64,000 bases of DNA from Candidatus Harrisonbacteria bacterium RIFCSPHIGHO2_02_FULL_40_20 (GTDB taxonomy: Bacteria > Patescibacteriota > Minisyncoccia > UBA6257 > WO2-44-18): assembly GCA_001818675.1 (NCBI GenBank), contig MHJF01000006.1, positions 3,157 to 67,156 of the forward strand. The letters run 5' to 3'. Position 1 is the first letter of the stretch. Every line of letters begins with the position of its first letter. Position numbers and translations under genes: made by a program. The notes beneath the pieces were generated by a model that saw nothing but the letters and a program-made list of their open reading frames with translations, was not told where the DNA came from and ran no database searches. Of this stretch, positions 55,349-64,000 are shown piece after piece.

Positions 55349-55406
55349 GGCTAAATCCGCCAACTGGCGGATCGCCCGATCAAAACCTCGTTTTGATTTA
55401 GGGAGG
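55349..55406 (+). promoter_or_regulatory. 5'-UTR structured motif, copy upstream of the 55413 gene
   Basis: ggctaaatccgccaactggcggatcgcccgatcaaaacctcgttttgatttagggagg, 6 nt before the ATG. Confidence 0.6.
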
Positions 55407-55412
55407 TATGCA

Positions 55413-57488
55413 ATGACAAAGAAAGTGGTTAGTCCCGAATTGACGGCGATAGAACAGAAGATGGTAGAAATTTTAACTGCCGGTCCTTGTCATATTAAGA
55501 CATTATCTTCGGCTTTAGATAAGTCTTCAGCTGGCGTTGTTGAGGTGGCGCAGAAACTTCGTGATAAAGGGATTTTTATTGTAAAGCATGAAGAGGTTTT
55601 TTATCTAGGCAATGCGTCAATTGAATTATCGCCTGAAGATATGATGATCAAAGATTTTGAAGTGAAAATCGGTTTTATTGCGGATACAATGTTAGGTAGT
55701 AAATCTGAACAGCCGACGAATTTGTGCCGCGCTTTTCAGATTGCGGAAAATGAAGGCGTGGATGTTATGATTCACCTTGATGTTTCCGCCGGTAAACCAA
55801 CGCCTCTTAAGCAAGATGAATTTCATAAATTAACTGCTGATGAGCAGGCGCAGTATATTGTTCAGAATTATCCTCAATCTAAGAAATTTAGAACTCGCCT
55901 TATTTCCGGTTATCACGATATGCAATGGCGAAAAGATGGCAGGAATATTTTAGCGGAAATTTGTATGCAGCGTGATGATCTTGTCTATCGCGGAGATTGG
56001 CAATCTGATTTCCCTTTACGGCGAGGCCCCGAAAAAGGCAAACGTTGGCCAGTTTTAAAAGCCGCTTATCATGGCGGTGATGATTCGCCTTATTCCAAGT
56101 CTTATCCTATTCAGGGATTTGCGGAAAATCTTATTCAGGACGTGAAAGATCTTTATTCCGGCGATCGTCCAGATATTGTGGCGGTGGCTGGGCAAGGTAT
56201 TTTCTGCGATCTTTCCGGCGGTATTATTCCGGAGTTAATTTCTGTCCCGGGTTTGCGAACGATTCCGCAGTCAATGATGAGAAAGAAGCGCCGTTCGGTA
56301 GTTCCGACTATCGGGTTAACAATTCTCAATATTCGATTCACTAAAGAAGGCGCATTTTCGGTTCAAAAAGCCATTTATCCGCTTTTAGCGATTAAGGATG
56401 ATTATCGTGAAAAATTCTCCGATAACGAATCTATTATGAAAAGCTTGACTGTTGATGGCAAAAAGATTTTGAAATTATTGGAGCAATCTCCAAAGAGTTT
56501 AGGCGAACTTACGCAGGCCATGGATCGTAGCGATGATTCCGTGAAGGCTTTGATTATTAAGCTGCAAAAAGTTGGATTTAATATTCAAGAGCCGGATAAC
56601 GGAGAGAATCCGTCTAAAAATTATCAACTTTGGATGGGTTCACGAGCGGGTTTTAACGCTCCCAAAATTGATTTTAAGAAATATTTTCACACAACCATTA
56701 GGCGCGGCGGAGTTTCCGACACCCATATTGGGCACAATTCTGAACTTTTAAAGATTGTTCACGAGGCTTACGATCTTTTTGTGGAGAAAAAAATTGAAGT
56801 TGTGTATCATTGCGGCGATATTACTAATGGTTTGCCAAAACACGAAGAATACAATAAAGGTGAGGTGCGTGAATCGCGCGCTACGCCACTGACTAATGAT
56901 GTGATTGCTCTTTTTCCGGAACGCAAAGGCATTACGACTCTTGCTATTACCGGAGATCACGACCGTTGGTTTTTAGATAAAGTTGGTTATGATCTTTTAG
57001 ATCCGATTTCAAAAATTCGCCCAGATATTAGGCATCTTGGCATTCAAGAAGGTGAACAATCAGATGGCCAGATTATAACTTGGCTTCGGCATTACAACTG
57101 GGGCACTGGATACGCCAAGTCGTATAAGGGCCAGCAGGTTGCCGAGGGCTTACTGAAAGAAATTGAAAAGGAAAATTCTAAGTATCGCGGTAAAATTTTT
57201 TCTCTGTTGTCGGGTGGCGGCCATGTTTATTGCGCTATGCTTTATAAGGGCATTGTTTTCATTATGATGCCCTGCTTGCAGGGTAAGACGAAATTTATCA
57301 CTGGCTTAGGAAAGCTTTCTGATGTCGGGTATGTGATTTATTCGATTACCCATAGCGAGTCTGGTTTGTTAACAAGATTTACGATTGAATATTTTGATCG
57401 CGGCGCTGAAGCCCTAGCTTTGATTCGTCAGGATGTTGAAATAAGAAAGAGAAACCTTGAAACGGTTTTAATTAAATCTAAAAAGTAA
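55413..57488 (+). CDS. duplicated-module protein: [winged helix + degenerate metallophosphoesterase] followed by [winged helix + intact calcineurin-like metallophosphoesterase]
   Basis: C-terminal half carries MPE motifs SDTHIGH, GDITNG and GDHDRW; N-terminal half has degenerate equivalents (IGFIADTMLG, VMIHLDVSAGK); two wHTH-like segments. Confidence 0.5.
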   Translation: MTKKVVSPELTAIEQKMVEILTAGPCHIKTLSSALDKSSAGVVEVAQKLRDKGIFIVKHEEVFYLGNASIELSPEDMMIKDFEVKIGFIADTMLGSKSEQPTNLCRAFQIAENEGVDVMIHLDVSAGKPTPLKQDEFHKLTADEQAQYIVQNYPQSKKFRTRLISGYHDMQWRKDGRNILAEICMQRDDLVYRGDWQSDFPLRRGPEKGKRWPVLKAAYHGGDDSPYSKSYPIQGFAENLIQDVKDLYSGDRPDIVAVAGQGIFCDLSGGIIPELISVPGLRTIPQSMMRKKRRSVVPTIGLTILNIRFTKEGAFSVQKAIYPLLAIKDDYREKFSDNESIMKSLTVDGKKILKLLEQSPKSLGELTQAMDRSDDSVKALIIKLQKVGFNIQEPDNGENPSKNYQLWMGSRAGFNAPKIDFKKYFHTTIRRGGVSDTHIGHNSELLKIVHEAYDLFVEKKIEVVYHCGDITNGLPKHEEYNKGEVRESRATPLTNDVIALFPERKGITTLAITGDHDRWFLDKVGYDLLDPISKIRPDIRHLGIQEGEQSDGQIITWLRHYNWGTGYAKSYKGQQVAEGLLKEIEKENSKYRGKIFSLLSGGGHVYCAMLYKGIVFIMMPCLQGKTKFITGLGKLSDVGYVIYSITHSESGLLTRFTIEYFDRGAEALALIRQDVEIRKRNLETVLIKSKK

Positions 57489-57536
57489 AGTTTACCCCCT
57501 TCTTTTACACATTTGTGTGAAAAGGAGGGGGCTTTT
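57489..57536. terminator. long terminator hairpin (cccccttctttt...aaaaggaggggg), second copy of the 16348 hairpin
   Basis: Same acacattYgtgtg loop and G/C-clamped 12-bp stem. Confidence 0.55.
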
Positions 57537-57748
57537 TATTCTCTATGTGTGTCATTGCGAGGCCATAAAGCCGAAGCCCTGCCTGCCGGCAGGCAGGAAT
57601 CTAACATTAATGTTTTTTGTAAGATCGCCGCGCTCCTTGCGGTCGCTCGCGATGACAAAACAAAATAAGGGAGTTGCCAAATTTATTTTTCAGATTATTA
57701 TTAAGAATAGTCAGTTGAAGCGTACTTTAAAAATAAAATCTTGATTTT

Positions 57749-59215
57749 TTGAAAGGAGCCGGTATGACTAGCAAAGAAAAAAAACGTGCTCCAAAGTTTC
57801 TAAAATTAGATTTTGGAGAATTGTCTCCGGAAACTCGGGAAATTTTAAATGTTTGCCAACGTTATATTAAGGGGCAAAATAGGGCTTTAGAATATGTTGT
57901 GGATGCTTTAGAGGTTTTTAAAGCTGGAATGAGAAATCCGGAAAAACCTATTTCCGTAATGGCGTTTCTTGGCCCCTCTGGTGTGGGGAAAACTCGTGTT
58001 AGCGAGGTTTTGGCAAAATGTTTATTTGGGAATTTTAACGCTTTTACTAAAGTTCGTTGCGCGGAATATAATCACGGCCACGAAGCCTCCCGTTTAACTG
58101 GCGCGCCTCCTGGTTTTATCGGTCATGTTAAAAATTCTCCGGAAGATCCTTGGGCAGAACAAAAATATTTGCCATTTTCACAATTTAATCTTGATAGATT
58201 TGATCTTTTACAAAAATTAAGAACTGGGGAATTAATAAATATTTTATCGGTTAATAATACTAGTGATCAAATTAATCTTGCTAAGTTGAAGACGGAGATG
58301 GAAAAGAAACTCGAAGAATCAAATAAAAGAGCCGCTTATGATGCGGAGGCTAAAAAATCGGCTGAAATCCTTAAAAAAGCGATCCTTAAAATAGAAAAAG
58401 TGGCGCGCAATCATAATGAATATTATCAATGGCTTGTGGAGTGCACAAAAAATAATCAAGTAGAGTCCTTACCCATTGAAACTTTATTGGATATTCATAA
58501 AACATGTTCTGAACTAATGAAATTTAACTCCATTATTTTATTTGATGAAATTGAAAAAGCGCACCCGGACTTTCGTAAACATTTATTAGAAATTATGGAT
58601 CGGGGAGTATTGGGAGTTGGAAGTGGCGTTACTTCTTTTAGGAATTCTTTTATTTTTATGACGTCTAATGTTGGCAGTGATGAAATAGCCGCCTTGTTGG
58701 GAATGAAAAAAGCTAATTTAGGTTTTTATCCCGCCACAGAGGCTCCGCGAGATTCAGCGTTATTAGATAAAGAAATTTTTAAAGTTGCGAATGCGGCGGC
58801 TGAAAAAGAATTTAAGCCAGAATTTTTAGGACGGATTGATAAAATTGTAGTTTTTCGGCCGTTAAGCCGGGAAACAATGTCCGAAATCTTTGATTTAGAA
58901 CTGGATCTTTTTAATGAGCGTAATTTAACCCAGGGAATTTTAGGCATCATTGTCCGATTTACTGAAGCAGCTAAGAATTTTATTCTTGACGGGGCGATGA
59001 AATATAATTCTTATGGAGCGAGAATGATTGAAAAGAGATTAGATAGAATATTAAAAGTTGGGCTGGCTCGATTAGTGAATCAAAAAAAGGGCTTGATTGT
59101 TAACGGAGATGTGCTCTGGGTTGATCGGGATGGGGAAGAATTAATCTTTAAAAAAGAAATTTTTGAAAAAGATCAGCTTGCTGGTGGAGATTCGCCCGTA
59201 ATAATTAAACTCTAG
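57749..59215 (+). CDS. stand-alone AAA+ ATPase related to the D2 domain of ClpA/ClpB/ClpC, with a coiled-coil insertion of about 140 aa
   Basis: Walker A GPSGVGKT, substrate loop YNHGHEASRLTGAPPGFIGH, Walker B ILFDEIEKAHPDF, sensor 2 EFLGRIDKIVVFRPL. Confidence 0.65.
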   Translation: MKGAGMTSKEKKRAPKFLKLDFGELSPETREILNVCQRYIKGQNRALEYVVDALEVFKAGMRNPEKPISVMAFLGPSGVGKTRVSEVLAKCLFGNFNAFTKVRCAEYNHGHEASRLTGAPPGFIGHVKNSPEDPWAEQKYLPFSQFNLDRFDLLQKLRTGELINILSVNNTSDQINLAKLKTEMEKKLEESNKRAAYDAEAKKSAEILKKAILKIEKVARNHNEYYQWLVECTKNNQVESLPIETLLDIHKTCSELMKFNSIILFDEIEKAHPDFRKHLLEIMDRGVLGVGSGVTSFRNSFIFMTSNVGSDEIAALLGMKKANLGFYPATEAPRDSALLDKEIFKVANAAAEKEFKPEFLGRIDKIVVFRPLSRETMSEIFDLELDLFNERNLTQGILGIIVRFTEAAKNFILDGAMKYNSYGARMIEKRLDRILKVGLARLVNQKKGLIVNGDVLWVDRDGEELIFKKEIFEKDQLAGGDSPVIIKL

Positions 59216-59334
59216 ACCGGCAAATGCCGGTCTTTTTTTGGCTATTTGACATATTGTCTTACGTTATGCTAATATATAAAAACTTAAGCAACTTTGCTTA
59301 AGCGCACCCCAAATCTATTTCGGAGGAACCGGCT

Positions 59335-59613
59335 ATGTCTTTTAAGTGCATGTTCGGTGATGGACACATCACTCTTCCTGGTCAGCGGCAAATTTTAGTT
59401 CCTACGACGATTCGTAGGGTTCAGGATCGTCATCTTTATGGCTGGAATCCGATTAAGGGCGAGGCGAGGTTTCAGAAGTTTGGAGAAGGCACAGAGATCG
59501 TTCACACGGAAGCTTTCTGTGATGAACATGCGGCGATAGTTGTTCCTATTGAGATGGAGGAAGTTGCGCGGCGCACTCATTTCCATCGGGATGGTGTTTT
59601 GGCCCGAAGATAA
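59335..59613 (+). CDS. small GC-rich hypothetical protein
   Basis: 92-aa ORF; GC content well above its flanks. Confidence 0.35.
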   Translation: MSFKCMFGDGHITLPGQRQILVPTTIRRVQDRHLYGWNPIKGEARFQKFGEGTEIVHTEAFCDEHAAIVVPIEMEEVARRTHFHRDGVLARR

Positions 59614-59666
59614 ATAAAACCCTCCTTCAGCATTACGTTGAAGGAGGGCATTTTTTTAAAAAATTG

Positions 59667-59737
59667 AGCGAGAGACGGGAATCGAACCCGCGTATCCTGC
59701 TTGGAAGGCAGGCGCACTACCACTGTGCTACTCTCGC
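59667..59737 (-). tRNA. tRNA-Gly (anticodon TCC)
   Basis: Acceptor GCGAGAG/CTCTCGC, U73 discriminator, anticodon loop CTTCCAA. Confidence 0.75.
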
Positions 59738-59816
59738 AGACAATTCTTCTTTTGGTGCGGAAGAAAAAATGGGCTTACTTGCTAAGAAGACGCCTATATA
59801 CTATAAATAATTTAAG

Positions 59817-60422
59817 ATGAAATTAAAATCAAGATATAGAATTTTCATAATCGCAGGCATCTTTGTGGGCGGTTTTATTTTATTAGGCAAGATGGTGTTT
59901 TTTCCGTCTACGTACATACCAGCTAAATTCACCGAGGCTAGGCTGGAAGGCGCCGCTATTGCCCAAAAAATCGTTGCTTTATCTGGAGGAGCGTTGGCAA
60001 GTTTAGAAAAAATATCAGAATATGATAAAAATGGCGAAACCGCCGAAGCTTTGATTTTAATTTCTCAGCAATTGATTGCTAACCGCGTTACTCAAGAAGA
60101 AGCAGTTAATCTTTCCAGACAGTTAGAAAAAATGGCTCGATTTTTATCAAGTATTAAGCCATCGAATGCTCGCCAGAAAGCTATGGAAGCCATAACTTCG
60201 GAAGTCGCTTTAGTTAGCCGATTGATAAGTTATAATGATTATTTAAAACAGCTTTTTGAAGTATTAAGCGCTAAATTTAATCATCGTTACAGCAATATTT
60301 ATGAATCCAGGGATCAAGTAGGGGGATTGATCCAAAAAGTGAACGAAGAAGCGCAAGCTATTAATGAATTTGACGGGCGTTTCAATAAAGCCCTCGCAGA
60401 ATTAGATAAAATCGTATTATAA
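59817..60422 (+). CDS. hypothetical membrane-anchored protein
   Basis: One N-terminal TM helix, then a helical domain. Confidence 0.45.
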   Translation: MKLKSRYRIFIIAGIFVGGFILLGKMVFFPSTYIPAKFTEARLEGAAIAQKIVALSGGALASLEKISEYDKNGETAEALILISQQLIANRVTQEEAVNLSRQLEKMARFLSSIKPSNARQKAMEAITSEVALVSRLISYNDYLKQLFEVLSAKFNHRYSNIYESRDQVGGLIQKVNEEAQAINEFDGRFNKALAELDKIVL

Positions 60423-60518
60423 TTGCAAGAAGTGTTTGGTCAGGCAACCGGAGTGTAGTATAACGGCAGTACCTGCCTGCCGGCAGGCAGGCGCGTGTCT
60501 ACCCCGTATCAAAATTAA

Positions 60519-60589
60519 CAGGGTATAGTGTAACGGCAGCACGAGTCCTTTGGGAGGATTTAGTCTCGGTTCGAATCCGAGTACCCTGA
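60519..60589 (+). tRNA. tRNA-Pro (anticodon TGG)
   Basis: C1:G72 pair, anticodon loop TTTGGGA with G37, T-arm CTCGG-TTCGAAT-CCGAG. Confidence 0.7.
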
Positions 60590-61265
60590 TAGAAAATTTT
60601 TGGTACGGGGCTTTGGGAGCCCAGTACCAGAGCAAAGCTCGGTACTGGACAAGCACGTAGCCTGGGTTCCCGCCCCGATCGCAGTCGGGGCGAGGCTCGC
60701 CCAAAATAAATTTGGGCGGCAATTCCCAGCACTCCGAAGAAAGAATGTTTAAAAATATTATTGTTAGATTTTTAAGATGGATTGAGATTCAGAGATCTCT
60801 AATTATGGTTTTAACAGCCTTTTTATTTGTTTGGCAGTTAATCCATCTTTATTGATTGACTGCTAATGTGGTGGCTTTGCGTTTATTGGATAGAAGTTTT
60901 TTAGAATTATCTGACATACTTAATATTTTAATTGCTTTAGTGGATTACACAGAAATTCCGGCTTTAATCACTGCCACCCTGCTTTATTTCGGCCAGTTTT
61001 ATACTCAATTTAATTGGAAGAGCCTTTGGTTTTTGATTTTAATTAATAGCCAATGGCCGCACCTTTTATGGATAACTGATGAATTTGTAGTGAATCGTTT
61101 TTCAGAAGCTGGCCATGTAATTTTTCTGGTTTAGCTAGCCTGGATAGCAATTTTTATTGATTATCTTGAACTGCCTGTATTTTTTGACACCCTTAAAGAT
61201 TCTTTCAAAATTGGGCTCAATAAAATACGTAGTTTATGATAAAATTATATTCATAGAGAGTTTTT

Positions 61266-63462
<2,197 letters not shown>

Positions 63463-63472
63463 AATATATCGT

Positions 63473-63769
63473 ATGTCAGAAATCAATAAAAAATCCTTAG
63501 AACATTTAGCGGATTTGGCTCGTTTAGAGATTAATCCTAAAAAAGAGGAAAAATTTATTAAAGACCTCCAGAGCATTCTTGGTCATTTTCAAGAATTGCA
63601 AAGTTTAAATACAGAAAATGTTTTGCCAATGACCGGTGGGACCCAAATGAAAAATGTTTTCCGGGAAGATGATCAAAAAAGAGACAAAACCGTGGAAACT
63701 CGCAATGTCGTTGATGCTTTCCCTGAAAGAGAAAAAGGATACCTTAGAATACCCCCGGTATTCAAATAA
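63473..63769 (+). CDS. gatC: Asp/Glu-tRNA amidotransferase subunit C
   Basis: LEHLADLARLEINPKKEEKFIKDLQSILGHFQEL. Confidence 0.8.
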   Translation: MSEINKKSLEHLADLARLEINPKKEEKFIKDLQSILGHFQELQSLNTENVLPMTGGTQMKNVFREDDQKRDKTVETRNVVDAFPEREKGYLRIPPVFK

Positions 63770-63845
63770 ATTCTAAACACCAAATCCTAAATAAATTTCA
63801 ATGACCAAAGTCCAAAACGTTTAGGATTTAAGATTTTAATTTTGT

Positions 63846-64000
63846 ATGCATTTACACGATCTTACAATTAAAAAATTTCATCAAGGGCTTTTAGACAAGA
63901 AATTTTCTGCCGCAGAAATAGTTAAAGAATATTACAATCGTATTGAAGTTCGAGATCGAGAAATCAATGCTTATTTGTCTTTAGCCAAAGAAGACGCTTT
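63846..64000 (+). CDS. gatA: Asp/Glu-tRNA amidotransferase subunit A (N-terminal part; continues past the window)
   Basis: MHLHDLTIKKFHQGLLDKKFSAAEIVKEYYNRIEVRDREINAYLSL amidase-signature N-terminus. Confidence 0.75.
   Translation, partial: MHLHDLTIKKFHQGLLDKKFSAAEIVKEYYNRIEVRDREINAYLSLAKEDA

Noticed and set aside
59395-59586. ORF-track CDS of 63 aa (minus strand)
   Set aside because: Antisense to the GC-rich ORF at 59335-59613; no independent support.
60590-60730. Possible RNase P or SRP RNA
   Set aside because: Far too short for RNase P, and it lacks the GGAA-tetraloop/AGCAGC domain IV signature of SRP RNA. Retained only as an unassigned structured segment.
60417-60732. Two overlapping minus-strand ORFs (101 and 77 aa)
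   Set aside because: They cover tRNA-Pro and GC-rich hairpin DNA; reading frames open by chance in GC-rich palindromes.
60856-61134. 92-aa ORF with a TTG start
   Set aside because: No ribosome-binding site or recognisable features, and it is followed by the repeated 145-nt element; coding status doubtful, so not listed as a feature.

Overview
This is an AT-rich (about 38-40% GC) bacterial chromosomal window. Its gene content looks like a CPR/Patescibacteria-type genome: a complete type IV pilus/competence cluster (comFC, pilMNO, pilB, pilT, pilC, major pilin, pilD, four minor pilins), small stripped-down housekeeping genes (secA, rny, murB, hup, hpf, rpsB, tsf, rpmG, ligA, gatC, gatA, gpmI, class V FBP aldolase/phosphatase), a P-type ATPase, 13 tRNA genes and many small membrane or secreted hypothetical proteins. 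The interesting material is mostly non-coding. (1) A 58-61 nt structured 5'-UTR motif occurs four times; its outer helix sequesters the Shine-Dalgarno sequence and its internal hairpin covaries between copies. (2) Two different terminal-inverted-repeat elements (118 bp and about 145 bp), each present twice, end exactly at start codons. (3) A Y1 (IS200/RAYT-type) transposase is flanked by inverted REP hairpins next to tRNA-Ala, and REP-like or tRNA 3'-fragment relics lie downstream of the other two tRNA-Ala genes. (4) tRNA-Thr(GGU) is split by a group-I-like intron of about 193 nt, with a LAGLIDADG-like ORF immediately upstream. (5) A glycosyltransferase/sugar-transferase locus carries three blocks of heptanucleotide tandem repeats, two in-frame in the CDS and one in the divergent promoter, which makes it a phase-variation candidate. 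(6) There is a candidate small RNA with its own promoter and terminator. (7) Several unusual proteins are present: a repeat protein with seven 4-Cys modules, an atypical PI3/4-kinase/HipA-like kinase, and a duplicated winged-helix + metallophosphoesterase protein. No CRISPR array was found. Coordinates of non-ORF features were counted by hand and may be off by a few nucleotides.
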